From Trichodelitschia bisporula (lineage: Eukaryota): 64,000 nucleotides of DNA. The notes beneath the pieces are model-generated. The model was given only the letters and a program-made list of their open reading frames with translations, was not told the DNA's origin and made no database searches. This document shows positions 12,003 to 27,231 of this stretch, in pieces (the stretch's first letter is position 1; each line of letters starts with the position of its first letter). A program made the position numbers and the translations under genes. Where the stretch lies: assembly GCA_010356995.1 (NCBI GenBank), contig ML996706.1, positions 315,789 through 379,788 on the forward strand. The letters are read 5' to 3'.

Positions 12003-15000
12003 CTACATCTCCACCTCCGCCATGACCTGTTCGCCCTCGTCCAAAATCCCCATGATGAGGCTCAAGTTCCGCATCATCTCCTTCGCCTGCCCAACCAACA
12101 ACAGCTTCTCCGCATTTGCAGGCAAGCCCAGGAACGTCGGCGGCTCACGCTCGGGCAGGCTGCCAACCCACCCCATAAAGTCCTTCCATCCCGCCCCGCT
12201 CGGCAGCACCAGCGGCGTGTACTCTTCGCCCTCTGTCTTGACCTGCACGTCCTGTACAATATCGTAGTCCTCTTCAAACGCCGCCGGCGTCATCACGCTG
12301 TCAACCAGCTTGCTCAGCGTAGCGTAGTCTTCCTCGTCATCGATTTTGCCGCCGTACATCTCCGTCAGCAGCGTGCGGATCATGGCCCACGGAATGTTCT
12401 TAGGATTGACGTTCGTGCGGCTCTGCGCCACTGTCTCCACCCAGTAGTCGATGATGTGGCTGCAGCATTCGTACTGTGCGGGTTAGCGTGGTTCAGCACA
12501 GATGCAAAGGGAAACTTACGTCGCTGTCATTGAACTCCCAGAAGCCCTTCCACCCCAGGTTCGGTGCATACCGCAGCCGCTCCTGTATAACCGCATGGAG
12601 GAATGAAAGCAGGAGGTACACACGCGCGCGTTCAACAGGCTGCTTGGTAGCCTTCGTCGACAGTGATGAGAGCGAGTCCTTCATGTTGGCTTTGATACCC
12701 GCCGGCTGCTCATTCATCAGGATACGCGACGCGCGCAGCAAATTGACTGGAATCTTAGGGCTCGTCTCCATGCACAAGAAGAGCCGGAAATCGGGATGCG
12801 GCTTGAGCGAGTCGATGCGCTTCTCCAAGCTCTGCAGCCACGCCGGCGACAGGTGCACGTTCTTGACCAGCACCCAGTTGCCTGTAGCGGCGGCGTTGCT
12901 GACGGCCTTGTCTGCCGTTGCCACACCCTCGTTCGAGCCCATGGCGATGTTCGTGCACGACACGTTGTTGCGCTCCACCAGGTTCTCGACGCGGTAGCTG
13001 GCATCGAAGCCGGGGCTGGAGCTGAGCGCCACGGGCGTCACGGCCGATACTTGCTTGATGATGTCGCCGAGGTCGCTGCTGATGTCGAGGAGATTGCTGC
13101 CAAAGACTGTGGTCACGAAGCGCTCGACCGCGGGCACGAACCGGTCCACGCGGAACAGCTTGACCAGGATAAGGGATAGCAGTTGCTGATCGAAGGATTC
13201 CGTGCTCGCGGGCCATGGGTTTGGCACGTCGTTTTCGGCTAGCTCCTCGGTGAGGAACCGTTCCCAGTCCGCGCTGGAAATGTTCGACATGACGTCCTTG
13301 AATTGCCGCAGTTTGAGCACGCGGGCCATGGCTTCGTCTTTGCGGTGGGTCTCGGTTGACACATCCACGCCCTCGAGATCACTGTCAAGGCACAAATCGA
13401 TTAGGCTCTTATCCATCTTGTACGGCGCCGCCTGCGCAAGAAGCATGGCCAGCGCGACCCGATCCTTCTGCAGCATGGCAAGAGACGTACGGCGGTACGT
13501 CGAAATGAACAGATTCCGGACGATGAAGTCGATGCGCGCATTGTTGTTCGTCTCCTTTAAAGCCTTGGCTTTTGCTAGCACATCGAGGAAGATGCCAGTA
13601 AAGTACTGCAGCGAAAACTGGTAGAAGTGGTTCATGCGATGCAGTTGTTCAAGGACAGCGAAGATGGCAGCGCAAGACCGTGCAACGACCTTGTACTGCA
13701 GCGTGATGTTCTCAACTTCGGCCCACACGCCTTCAGTCTCGGCAGCCTTCGCCGTAATGATAGCTGCTTCGGTCTTGAGCTTCTCCAACGTCTGGAGCAC
13801 GTTGTCATCATCGAGGATGTTACCGCGAGACTCGTTGAGCGCCTGGAGAAGCTGCTTCTCGAGCCGGCGCAGATGCACACTGAATTCTCCTTGCATCTTA
13901 ATGACGTTTGACCGGCGCTCATCTACGTCGGGCCGCTCGGACTTGAGCACCTCATTGAGAGACTGCGTTTGCAAGCTGCTCTGGGTGACGGTGAAATTGA
14001 CTAGCGTGGTGCGACTGCAGATGTCTGGCGCGAAGTTGGCTGACGGATCGCGAGTGGACAGGAAGAGCTTGAACGCAGGTGAAAAGTCAATCTCTTGCTT
14101 GCCGAGCTGGATGAGTACACGGCCGCCGGTCTTCTGGTGCTCCTTATTCAGCACGTGTGTGAGAATGGGGTCGAGATGCTCCGCATCCTGGATGAGGATG
14201 GGATTGCCGAAGCGCAGCGAGCTCTCCAGCTGCTTCGTGAATGAATCGTCCAGGAAGCTCGTCACCGTCAACTTGCGGTTCTTGAACTCATTTTGCAAGA
14301 ACTCGGTAACACGGCCGGACGGGTCGATGATGAGCGGGTACCGGTTGAAGCGCTTGAGCATAATAGCGTTTTCCGTGCACAGGTCGTCCACCGGCAGCGT
14401 GTTCTCCTGCCACTTGAGACGCTCATCTGCGGTCGAGAGGTATTCGGTGACCGGATTGTGCTCCTTGTAGCGGATGCCAGACAGGGAGAGATGGTGCAGC
14501 CAGTCGTCCATCATAGCCTTGCGATACTGCTGGTCGTAGAAACCACCATACGCCATAACAGCCGCTGCAACCAAAACGTCGCCGACAAGTGTGTCGATTT
14601 GCGTCTCGAAGGACTTGCTGCTCTCTTCCCAGCGGATACGTTCCGAGGACAGGCTCTCCAGGAGGCGGACGCTGCGGTCAACCTTGGACTGCACACGATC
14701 CATCTCTTGCTTGATGGTCTGTGTCTCGCTGATAAGCAAAGCGTACTCGGCCTTATACTCCTCGATACTCTTCTCGAGGGCCTTGATCTTGTCCTCAATC
14801 ACGCGAGCCTGCTCTTTGGTCTGCAGGGCTGCATTCTCGAGCTGGCCGACCTCCTCGCGGAGCGGCCCGACGCGCTCAAGAATGTCGGCATAGTTGACTT
14901 GTGCCTCGACCCACTGCACCAGCGGACCACACGCCTTGCTAGCACGGTTGACACGATCGTACGTGAACTCTTCCTTGGACAGATAGTCGTTGCGCATCTT

Positions 15001-18000
15001 GATGCGAAGCGCCCGAGTCATCTGCTTCTCATTGTCGTAGTTGACGATGCTGGGAATAAAGCCTTCTTGCCGGATGACACTGGTGACCGATCCCCAGTCT
15101 CCCAGATTCTTGTGGCCGAGCAGTGTGCACACGGCCTCCATGGCTAGCTTGACACCAGTAGGAGGACGTGCCATAGACCGCACTTCCTGCAAATGCTGCC
15201 GCTTGATGTTGCTGACGCTCTTCTGCGCTTCAGCAACCGCCGGCTCAGCATTCGCCAAATCCCTCATCACCACCTCTTGCCGCTCCGCCACATCCCGCTC
15301 TTGCTGCTCCAATGCCTTCTGCACCTCCTCTGAAGCCTTCTTGCGCGACTCGGCCTCCTTCTGATCTGCCAACATGCGAGTAAGCTTGTCGTTAGCTTCG
15401 CGATTCTTACGCTCCAACTGGTTCTTCTTTTCGGCGAGATTCTGGCGCAGATCGCGCACCTTGTCTACCGTCTCGCGCAGCTTATCGAGACCAACATTAA
15501 GATGGCGTTGCTGCTCTTCCAGGTCCTCACGCTTCTCGCGGTGCAGCCTAACAAACTGGTCCACAAAGTCCAGGAAGTGGCGAGGCGTGAGATATGTGAT
15601 CTTGTCCTGCTGCTTCGCCAGCCGCTCATTGAACCGATGCAGCGAGTAGTGGATGTGAACCATGCCGTTGACAACTGCGTCACGATGGCTCGGAGGCAGA
15701 GGCAAGTCCCGATACGCAATCTCCAGCGACTGCGGCGCGGCATAGCTTGAGCGATCCAGGTCGATGGATTGAGTGAGCTCTGAGCCGACTTGATACAGGG
15801 CCTGGTCAGACCAGTCGCCGAACCAGTTGAGAACGCATCTGTTGAACAGAGCTGGGCTGGTGGCAGCCTTGCCGGAAAGGCCCTCGGTCGGTGGATTCAT
15901 CGTGAAAACGACGTGAAGGTTCTTTGAAATCTGCGCCTTGAACCACTTGTAGAGCTCCTCTGGCGAGTCGAGCATATGCCCCTTGTCGCCCTCGCGCTGA
16001 GCACCTTCGCGGCATTGCGTCATGAGCGTTGCAAACTCATCGCCTTCGAAGAGACCTGGGATTTCAGCATTAGCCAGGAGCGTGTTCATGCGCTCAAGGA
16101 ACCCAGAATCCAGCACATTGGACTCGTCCAAGATGAAGCAAATCTTCTCGCCCTTGCAGCCGCACCGCCTCAGGACGTTCCGGAGATCCTCATCGAAGTC
16201 TTCGGCGGAGTATTTGCCATGCACCTTGATTTGGTACACCTTCAAGCCGTTCATCCAGGCAACGAATCGAGACAGCGTCGTCTTGCCACTGCCACTGACA
16301 CCGATGAGGATCAAATGACCTTGTGACTGGCGGAATACGCGATCGATGCGGAGCACATGTTCAAGCAAGTCGTTGAACGGAATAAGGCGGACGTCCACCT
16401 CTTCCTCGCAGAAGGTCTTGAGGCGCTCATTGACAATGTCGCGGAGTCGCTCGCGCTCAACAGGCACGTAGTTCTTGGAATCCCAGCTGGAGAACAAGAT
16501 CGGCGCGGCAAGTGCCTTCTCCTCATCGAGGGTCGGGAAATGCTCTAGCGCTATGCGATGAATTGCAGCCTCAGTCCACTTGCGTTCGTCCTCCGCAATT
16601 AGACGATCCTGGAACAGACGCAAGGCTTCATGCGCCCAGATCCGCACCAGTCCCTCGAGACTCAGCGTGTCAAGCGGTCGAATGGCTTCGTATACGCCAC
16701 GGACCCAGCGCGTAAGTTCACGAGGTGAGTACACGTAGTGTGGCTGAATGTCGGGCGTGAAGCGTTTCTGCGACTCTGAGTAGACCTGGACCATGGCCTT
16801 CGTGAGTGGTTCAGAGTAACCACGCAGCGAAGAAATGATCTTAAGCACAGCGCTATTGAATGTGCCATAGATCTGGAGGAGCGATAGCTCGCCAGGGTAA
16901 TCGACCATGACGACCGGGGCATGGCGCAAGAACCGCAGGCCGAGAGGTGTCCGGCCAGGGTCTGTAGGTGGATTACAAGCACCAACGAACTGGATGCGGT
17001 CAAGCGTAACCCAAGTCTTGTCGCTCGTGCGCCAGAAGCCATTTTGCTCAATGAGCTGGCGCAGGAAGGAAATGGCGCGCGGTGTGCCGTACTTGTCAGG
17101 CGCTGGCAAGTTGATTTCATCGCAGAAGAGCACCAGCCACCTGCCCACTTGTGAGGGCGTAAGTACCACACCGTTGAGCGTCTTACGATACTCGCAATAT
17201 TGCTCAAAGGTCTTGATGAGCAGATCCGGTGTGGTGGCACTCGAGAAGTTGAGACCAACAACCTCCATGTGCTCTAACTTCTTCAGCGCATTAAAGAGTG
17301 TCATGGTCTTACCCGAACCGGGAGGACCACAAAGGATAAGCGGCTTGTGCTCCGCAAGCCACGAGTAAAGTATGTCTTCATGGCGGACCGTATCCAGAGT
17401 GGGAATGACGACATCAGTATCCGTGACCGAATGCGTGTCGACCTCAATGCTCGTGACTTGCGATTGCCACGACGACCATTCGCCCTTCGGAAGGGTAACG
17501 TCGAAGTCGATGAGTGAAGTGTTCTCCGTGATCGAAGGAAGATCCACGGCCGTCATTGAGGTAAGCACATCCCCGAAGGCCTTCCGGTCGCTCAACGGAC
17601 AGTCTCCGGTTAGGGACCAGACCAGAGCCAGCAACAATCTCTTGGACAAGTATGCCTCGATCTGAGATGCTTCCAGGGGGAAGTCAGAGTGCTGCACATT
17701 GTAGTCGAGTACGTTCCGGCAGGCCTTGTTCAGCAACGAAAAGAGCGTGTTGAGAACTCGTATGTCCGTAACTTCCATGATGTGGCGGAACTGGCGCGCC
17801 TGGTCAAGCGCCTTCAGAATGAACCCATCATCCATAAGCCTTTGCTGGAGGATGCCGGCCACCTGGCCCTGAGTTGCGAGCAGTTTCTGCGTAAGCTGAC
17901 CTGGAGCGACGGACGCGTCCTCAATGTCGTCGAATGCAATCTCCCGCAGATTGGAAAGGTAGTTGGAGACGATCATATCCGTTGTGACGGTGTCATTGCT

Positions 18001-21000
18001 GAACCACACCATACCGCAACGACTGACGGTAGCCAGCGTAGCATAGCGCAGCGTTTCGACTTCGAACATTATGCGAACGTTAGAGGGAAGGTTGAGGCGT
18101 TCACCATTGGGCAGCGTAAGCATCTTGTTGTCGTCTAGTACGCTGTTAAGATTCTCAACCCACACAGGATCGACATCACCGTCGAACACGATCCAATGAC
18201 GCTTCGACTCTTCACCGCGGAGGTTGTCTACGATCTTGCGAAGAATATTGGTGAAGAGACCGTCGGTCCACTCGCGAGTGGTGCTGTCGAGCGTGCCGTA
18301 GAGATGCTCCTTGGACATGACCTTCGGATCAATGACATGGCAAACGCCCTCAACGCCTTCGACGCGCTGCAGCGCTTTGAGCAAGATCCGCCAGGCACTA
18401 GACTTGCCGGAGCCAGCAGACCCGACCATCATCACACCGTGGTGCAGCATCTGGATCTGATAGAGCTGAAGGACCTTGGTCATCCAGGAGTCGGTAGCGA
18501 CAAGGCGAGCTTCAGCTGCTTCTTCGCGGATGGCTTTCTGCAAAGCCTCGAGCGGAGCTGGCACGTAGGCAACACCAGGGAAAGACTCTCGCTCAATGTC
18601 AAGCATCAGCTCGACATCGGACCGAATCAGCTTTGGCGCAATCGTCTCTCTCAGACTCTGGACGATGATTTGTGGCTCAAACACTTTTTCATCCATCTCT
18701 TCATGTTCCAGAGTTACGAGCCGTGCTCGCTTGAGACCACCGGAGCTGACCAGGACACTCTTGAGCGCACGAAGACCGAAGTCGTAGTGGGCTTGCTTGG
18801 AAAGACGAGCCAGGCAGAGCTCGAAGAATGGTACTGTCTGGCGAGAAAGCTCCTTCGCGCAGGAGAAGCCCTGAGAGTACAGCATGACTTCGGCAATAAG
18901 CTCCTTGTCGGGCTTCGACATGGCGACGCTTCGAAACAGCTTCTTGAGATTGTCGGGCAGGTTAGAACGCCCCGCATAGCCGGGATTCATCGTGATGAAG
19001 ATACCCGTATTGGCATGGACCTTCAGGTTGCGGCCTATCAGCTCGATCTCGGCCTTGTCATCAACCATGGCCTTCCGCAGGCCGAGTTGAATGTTCTGAA
19101 TCTGTTGCGAAACGGCGGACAGAATGCGCTCCTCCAGACGATTGAACTCGTCGAAGCAGCCCCAGGCACCGACCTTGCAGATACCCAGGAAGATTCTACC
19201 CATAGCTTGGAAATCGAATGTGTCGTCACAGCAGAAGACCAGCGTAAACCGACCCAACTGCAAGCCGAGAGCCTTGACGGACTCAGTCTTACCGGTACCA
19301 GCAGGACCGTAGGGCGAACCGCCCAAACGCTGAGACAAGGCTTGCGTTAAGGTCAGGAAACAACGGTCGGTGAGAGGCGTGCGGACAAGGCGGTCGGGCA
19401 CTCCGAGGTATTCGTAACCGTACACGATGCTCGCATTGGCCATTTTGACGTGAAGGCGATCGAGCGGCTCAGCATCAAGACGATAGACGTAGCGCATCTG
19501 TAGCTGCCACATGTGATGGCTCGGCGAGTCGGCGGCGACCTTCTTCAACTTAGCCACAACATCCCGTTGGTGGACAAACTCGGTGATCAGGTGCTCGCAC
19601 TTCCGGCGCTGGATTGTCTCCATGTCCACCAGTACAGCATTCGCAAGAAGGCGTAGGAAGGACACCAGACGGTCGTGTAACGTGCCGAGGGGCGAACCGC
19701 CTTCCTTAAGTGCCTCTTCCACAGCGTCAGTCCAGCAAACCTGCGCCGCCAGCACGACAATTTGAGCTGGATACGCAGCGATGTATGCGGTGAAACGGTC
19801 CGACTCGGTCTCTGGAGCATTGAGAAGCTCTGCGAAATCTTTTACCGCATCGGCAAGGAGAGCAGCAAGAGTGAGCTTCATGTTGTGCTCAAGCGCGGTC
19901 AGCCACTCGTTCACCTTGGGCGTCTTAATGAGAGAAATGTCGCGCTGCAGGAAGACCTTTTCGCCCTCCTTCGAAATGAAGCCGACGATGCTTGACTCGT
20001 CATCAGTCACGAGTGTAGCCAGACCAGCAAACATCTTCCGCAAGTGCTTGGAAACGCGCTGAGTGTCGCTGCTGTTGCCAATGATTTCCAGCAGATCCTC
20101 GTCACCAACAAAGTAAAATCGGGGGAAGGCAATCCGCTCGCGCTCGAGGTACTCGCCGAGGGCTTTCTGAATCTTGTTCAGCAGAGCCGCAAGCTCCTCC
20201 AAACGGTTCTGAATGTCCGGAATAGCCAAAACGTCCATGACAAGCGGAGACTTGGACACCAGCTTCATGACCTCGAAGAACCGGCCATTGATGTTCTTGA
20301 AATGGGCGGATTCCGTTCTAAGCAGATGCTTGATATCAGCGTTCCCGGTGAAGACGCCTTCGAGGTAGACCCATTGGCGCTGAACATCGATCCACACGTC
20401 GAACAGGACATGGATCTGGTTGAGCCGGTCCTCGTATAGGGAGGCCTCTTGCTGGAACTCCCGGTAGTAAGGCGAGTGGCGCATAGCTTGCAGCGAGTTG
20501 AGATGCTCACTGCACTGCTGGAACAACTCGTCCCAGCCGCGGATGAGCCGGCACTTGTTCTGGTAGTTGACAAGATCGAGGCTGTAGTTCTGCCACGTCT
20601 CGCGAACCTGCCGCAGGAACTCCTCGAGCGCCAATTCGCCTTGGGCCTGTATCAACACCTCCTTGATGGTGTTTTCGTTGATCGAGAGCTGAAGGTCGTA
20701 CACGTCGCCCAAAGTCATCGAGCTCTTCGCGTACCGCTTTTTGGGGCTCAGCTGCTTGAAGACCTTGATCCAGTGCCGATCTTGCATCGCATCGGACCGC
20801 ATTTCGGAGAGCAGACTGTTGACCTTCAAAAGCTGGCGGAGGCGGCCCTGCATGTGTTCGAAAGCCGCATATTGCCGCATACGAGCTGGCATATCCTTCA
20901 TCATCTTGAGTAGGTCATCCAGGCGATGGCGCAGCTTGCGAGGCTGGACACTCGCCCAAGGCTGTTCGCGAAGGTCGTTGAGATTGTCCCAAATGGTCTT

Positions 21001-24000
21001 GAGGCTAGCCCAAACGGATCTGAAATCTTGAACCTCCTCAAGCAGTGACGGAAGAGTGTTTTGCGGGCTGGGCTGCAAATCGAGAGCCTCCTTGGCCTTG
21101 GACACGCCATCCGCCTCGTCCCTCAGCCTCGTCAGCTTCAGCTCAAAGGCCTGCAAGACAAGCTCGGCTTCGTTAGGCGGGATGTTGCCAGAGATAGGCT
21201 TCTCTTCCACCCACTGCGCGCTGATCTCCTGGATCTTCTTGTGTACCAAGTTGTCTTCGGCAATGATTTTGGCTCGGAGTGCGTCGCTCTGGTCCTCCAC
21301 GATCCTGCCCTTTCGCTCGAGGACTTGGTTGAGCATGGTCCATTCATTCTCGATCTGTTCCATGGATAGCCAGCCCTTGGGGAACTGGTGACGTTGGCGG
21401 CGAAGCGTGGTCTCGCCTTGCCGGAAAAGCTCGACATCGACGGCCCAGGACTTGACCTTGCGCTTGCATTGCTGGACAGTTGTGATGAACGACACAGCTT
21501 GCTGCGTAGATGAGGCCTCCAGCGCTTGACCCTCCAGGTCCTTACGAGCCTGCTGGATCTCGGTGAATACCAGGTTCATCCGCGCACCCAGCAGCAGCGC
21601 GAATCTAGCCAAAATATCCTGCTGCCACTGATCATAGCGGCCGTTGACCTTGAGCTGAACTTGCTCGTAGTTGACAGTGATGTGGCCGAAGCTGACGCTG
21701 ACCTCGGACGTGTCGAAAGTATCCCGGTCGTTCAGAATCTCTTGGAGGATCTGAAGCCACAAGGACAGGTCTTCCTGGAGCTCTTCGAAAACCTGTTCGA
21801 TACGAAGATCCCACAGCGACTGGAACTGGAGCCATTTGTCCACATATTCCGATACAGTTGACAATTTGCTCTCCACGTCAGTGTGAACTTGGCTCAAGGT
21901 CTCGGCACAACTACCGGGAAGATAGGAAAAGTCTTGAACCACTTCCTCGACATCCGGCTGCACCTTCATTTCGTAACGCGAAGCCTCGACCTTCTTCAGT
22001 GTCCCGATAACGCCCAACCAGGTTTGAAGCTCCTCCAGCCATTTGGCACGGGCGTACTCCAGTGGCGGCTTCAAAAAAATGGCCTGGTTGCGGATGGTAA
22101 TCTCATGCACGAGTTGGTTGAGCTTGGGAAGATTTTTGGCGGAATATTCGTCGCTATGGGACGCGCTGCGCGGTAAGGCATCGTTGTATCCATCCGCGTT
22201 GTTGAAGACTTCCAACCATTCCGCAATGGCCCGCCGAAGTCTGCCGAGTAAAATGCGCTCCAGTGCCAAGTTGGTCTCCTCTACCCACCAATGCAGGTTG
22301 GCATAGTTCTCGAGGTTGAGTTGATCAACCGCCTTCTGGATGACGTCGATGTTCTGCCGGAAAGCACTAGCGCTGTAGGAGCAGACTTCAAGATCCTTGA
22401 GTGCTGCTTGCACGGTGACGTTGATAGAGGCGAGGGCCGTCGTCTTGCTCTGCAATACGTTGATGGCGTTGGTGAATTCGCGGACGAACTGAACATGTCT
22501 GCTCTCGCTTCTCCCTGCAGCTGCGGCAGCCTCGGCTCCAGAAAAGACTCCCCTAGAAGCGTGGATGTCGTACACATTGACGAAAGACTCCCACTTTAGG
22601 GGAATTCCCTTAGTAACGAGGGCATACGCCTCGTTCTGGTACCCGTTGAGAAGGGCGGATATCTCACTCATCTCCGAGATACTCCGGCTGGTTTGCGCAA
22701 AGTTGCGAATAGTCTCCATCAGGGTGACCGCGTACGGATAAACACGCTTTGCATCCTTGGACACATTGTTTATGGCGTGCGGGACTTGAAAGTTCAACCA
22801 CCATAGGTTCCGGACTTCCTTGAACAAAGTGATGACCTGCTCGTCAAAGTTGACGACGAGCTCATAAGTATTTGCGGAGGCGCGGATCTTTTCGATCTTG
22901 AACAGACGCCCGGAGATGGATACATTGCGGCGAGCGACTTCATGGAACCACGAATCGAAGATGGGCTTCGTATCAAGCTTTTTGCGGAACATGCGGCTCT
23001 CCTGTTCCAGCTTTTGTCCTTCGGTGTGCAAGTGCCAATCCCGGCCAAGAATGTCTTCAACCTTGCGCATGTAGCTATCCAGCTGGCGCTCAATTTGTCG
23101 CGCCCAGATGATGGCTCCAGACACAGGAGGCAAGTCACGCAGCTGGGCCATAGCATGCGACTCTGAATGACCATACCGTTGCTTAAAGCGCTCGTGCAGC
23201 GCCTGGATGTCGCGCTTGACCTCCTCAATCAGCTGCGTCTGATACTCGGAGATGGCGCTCCGGATCTTGGGGCGAACAAAGAGGGCGTTGAACTTTGAAA
23301 AGACGCGGAACATCTCGTTTGCGCCCTTAGCGGTAGCTAAACGGTCCCTCAGCCTCGCGATGATAGAGTTCTCGACCCGGGAAGTGCGGTCGTTGTATTC
23401 GGCCTCTGCCCTGCTCCATCTCGCAGTTCCCTCAGGGGATACATCCAGCACGTCAACGTCACGCAAGGCTGCATAGGCCTCCGCAACCTCCTCCGCAGCA
23501 TCGACGTCTCCGAGCTCATCGACAATGATGGCACCGATGCCATCGCCATTCTCGTTGGCGCCCTTGATCGACGATCCAAGAACGTTGACAATCGTCCGCT
23601 GCAGTTGGTCGTGATTGTGTCGGAAGTTCGAGATGTACTTGAGCCGGGCCTGGGTCTCCAGCTGGCGCGGGTTAATCTTGATCGGGATGAATTTTTCGTT
23701 CCGTCGCCTAGTCACTTCACGAGCCACATTTGTAAACTCCTTCGCGTTGTCGTCCCACGCGCGGAAGATGCTCTCCGCTTCCGCCATGAGGGTCTGGAAA
23801 CGAGGATACTCTAGGTGCATGATGGTCCGGCCATTGAGCAGGCGGTGTAGCCGGGTATCGAGGTCGCCGGATATGGATTCCACGAGGGGAAGTGCGCGCC
23901 GAACGGGATAGGGGCAGAGCTTGAGCTTCTTGTTGAGATGCGTGAAGATGAGATTGACCGCCTCGGCGATCTCGGTGAGGGAGTCCGCAGAAAGGAGCTC

Positions 24001-25113
24001 TTTCAGCGGAAAGTCGCGCATCAGCAAGTTATACTTCTGCACAGTTTCCGCCTTTTCCCTGAGGCCGGTGTCTGCCGTGAAGCTGATGGTCGCCTGGAAC
24101 CGCTTCGCATTGCGCAGGACCTCCAGTGTCAGCAGGACACCCGCACTGCTCAACTGCTGCTCTATCAGCTCCAACGCATGCTCCATCTGCAACCAAAAGT
24201 TTATCTCCTGACTAGCGCTGATCTTGCTTGGATCCCTGTCCACCTTGGTTGTGTTCTGGATGGAATGGATCCATTGGTTGACATTAGACTGAAGTTGGTT
24301 CAAGAAAGTGCTGTCGTTCAGAAGCTTTGGAGGAAGCATCTCTATGCTAGCTGGATATTCCTCCTCGGCCGCAGTGTCAACGGCAGACTGGATCGCGGGG
24401 TGGAGATGCAAGACGGGTGGCGGGATATCGGTGTTTTGCTGTAAATGCAGTAAAGCCAGTTCCAACTCAGTCAGCTTCCTCTTCGCGGCAGCTATGCTTC
24501 CTATCCGCGTGTCTTCGGTCTTGTTCCATTTCCGCGTGCTGCTGTCACTGCTCTTGGTGGCGGCGTCAAATGGGGCGGACACGCCGTAATGTAATAAGGA
24601 GGAGATGCCCTGAACTCCTCCCGCATGGTCTACCGAAAAGCTGCTGGGTCGAATTTGAGAGTGTATCGGCAGCCGCGCATCGATCTGGCCTGAAGATTTG
24701 AGTAGTAGGATGCAAGATACACAAGTAGAGGAGAAGGCGAGATCCGGGGTGAGCCTGTAGATAAATTCCAGGGCGGCTATGCGCACCGGTTAGCTGGTCC
24801 CAGAAGACTTGGGATGAAAATTACCTGAAGAGTCATTGGAACCGTCGACGTTGAGTTCCACGCCCTCCTGCACCAAGTACAGCGCGGCATCTTGTGATTC
24901 CTGGGCGAAGCGCGAGCATCGTTGGAGGGTCTCGGAGAGCTTAGCAGGGTTGAGAAAGCTGCCGGGGGCTTTGAGATCCTCGTCAGTCGCTCCTAATAGG
25001 AGTTTGGCGATGTTGTGAAAGTGGTCGACTAGCAACTCGGGGTCTACGGTGGAGGGTACGGGCGTGCCTAATCCATTGCCGTTAACCCCCGCGACAGCCA
25101 CGGGGCCGTCCAT
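12003..25113 (-). CDS. DYN1: Cytoplasmic dynein heavy chain (NudA/Ro-1/Dyn1 orthologue)
   Basis: 4097-aa ORF with four P-loops ([32 protein letters not shown]), [10 protein letters not shown], stalk coiled coils; introns 24777-24824 and 12474-12519 add first exon (MDGPVAVAG) and last exon. Confidence 0.97.
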
Positions 25114-25664
25114 CTCGGATTACAAGGTCGGATCGCAAAGCATGAAGTCATGAGGGGTTGCGGAAAAGATAGAGAGAGCGTGATGAGTTTGCCCGCAGCA
25201 AGAGGAGACGTGTGGTGGGTATCTTAGCGGGAAACCTTTGACGGTGTTTGTGACAACTTTGAGATGCAAGACAACGCACGGCGCACGCTTACTCGCCCGG
25301 CGCGCGTTCCTTGCAGTGGCGTTCCGCGTTGGCCTTCATCACGTGATACCGCAAAGTCGAAAAGCCACCTCCTTTCCCCTCCTCCTGATTATCTCATTCG
25401 ACCGCCTGCTGAGCACCTGCTTCGTATAAACAGCTGTCTACCCAATTGCTGTCACGCCGAAGAGACTGCTGCAGGCACGTCGTTCTCCTGCATATTGCCT
25501 CTAGTGTTTCGACAGAAGAAAGAAGAGACGCGCAATCAGCCGGTATCTGTCTCATCAAAGTTCTCATGCGCAAGCAAATCGTGTCCTTCACTCAACATGC
25601 GCCTATTCTAACAGCAATCGACATTTAGACCAAAAACAACTCCCGTTTCCTTTATTCTAACCTA

Positions 25665-26854
25665 TCAGATCTTGATGCACAGCTTACCAAAGTGCTTCTG
25701 GTCCCACATGTATTGATACGCTTCCTTCAGTTGGCCCAAGGTAAACACCTTCTCATCCACCACGGGATGGATATCGTTCGCCTCAATGGCCCGGATCATC
25801 TCCTCCATCTGGAGTCTCGAACCGACAAATACAGCCCGCACGGTGCAGACGTGAGCCAGAGCCTCGAGGAAGCTGGGCTCCGGCTCTTTGGAATTACCGC
25901 CGACGAACCCGATTAGGCTAATGATACCGTCCAATTTGATGCAATTCAACGACTGCGAAATCAGTACAGACATTCAACCGAGTAACAGCACAGTGGATCT
26001 CACCTGCTTGAGCGTGGTCGCCCCGCCGACCTCAATGACGTGGTCGACACCCACCTGGTTGGGCGTCAACTTCTTCGCCGTCTCGCCCCAGTTCGGGTCT
26101 TCCTTGTAGTTGATGATATGATCGGCACCCAGCTTCTTGAGAAGCTCAGCCTTTTTCGCCGACGATGTCGTAGCGATGACCTTCGCGCCTGCCGCCTTGG
26201 CAAACTACATTCCGTCAGATTCCCGATTCGATGACGTCAACGACTTGCTCACCTGGACGGCAAAGATGCTCACACCCCCGGTGCCCTGCGTGAGGACGTA
26301 CTCGCCCGGCTTCAGCTGCTTCAACCCGTAGAGGGCATTCCACGACGTCAGCGCAGCACAAGTGAGCGTGCTGGTCTCGATGTCGTTCAGGTTCTTGGGC
26401 GATTGCAGCAGGCCTTGCTCATCGAATGTGCCGTATTCGCGCTGCGTACCGGGGAGCAGGCCGCCAATGGCCGTCTGAATGGAGTGGGGATCTAGCGATC
26501 CGCCGAAGTGTTCCTGGTGGAAGAGCGTGACGACGCGGTCGCCGGGCCGGAAGCGCGTCACTTTCTTGCCCACGGCTTCGACGACGCCGGCGCCGTCTGA
26601 TCCCGGGACGATGTTATCGGAGACGGGGAAGGGATAGAAGCCTTTGGAGATGCAAAGGTCGCGGTAGTTGAGGGATGAGGCATTGACTGGAGAGTTAGCC
26701 GGGCCTGGGGAGGGCAGTTGCTATGGGAGTAAATACACTTGACCAGCACTTCCTTATCGCCAACCTCGGGGACGGGAGCCTGTGAATCGAACTTGAGGCA
26801 GTCAAAGCCGCTGGTGCCTTGCACGCGCCATTGCTTCATTGTTTTAGGAGCCAT
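25665..26854 (-). CDS. Zinc-binding-dehydrogenase-family (MDR) NAD(P)-dependent oxidoreductase
   Basis: Exons give SLNYRD, PGSDGAGVV, TLTCAALTSWNAL, Rossmann QGTGGVSIFAVQFAK, GVDHVIEVGG, HFGKLCI; three GT-AG introns. Confidence 0.88.
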
Positions 26855-27231
26855 TATCTTCGAATTGGGTTCAATTGAGGCTGTTCGGGGAGTGGATCGG
26901 CTGCGAAGTAATTGGGATGATAATATGACCGGGGGGCTCGCAGCCTTTTGGTATGACTTTTATACGGGACTTTCTCACTAAATCCGACATGATTTGCAAT
27001 CACTAGAAAGTTCCTAGCTGCTGAAGAAGCTCATGGACGATTTCCAATGGGCTAAGATGACGCAGGTTCGACGACAAGCTTTCACTAGCCGCTCCGGGAG
27101 TACCCACTCGAGGTCACTACGTAGACTCCTCACGTCCGGAGGTCACATTCTAGAAGTCGTTCTGGCGGACGATCACTTGCTACAATCATGCAATTCAAAT
27201 CATTCAGGTGTAAGCCTCCTTTGATTCCGCC

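Noticed and set aside
12700..24700. Many long antisense and alternative-frame ORFs inside dynein (also inside URA2, dcl1, GH28 and GCN3)
   Set aside because: Shadow ORFs expected from GC3-biased codon usage; no recognisable motifs.
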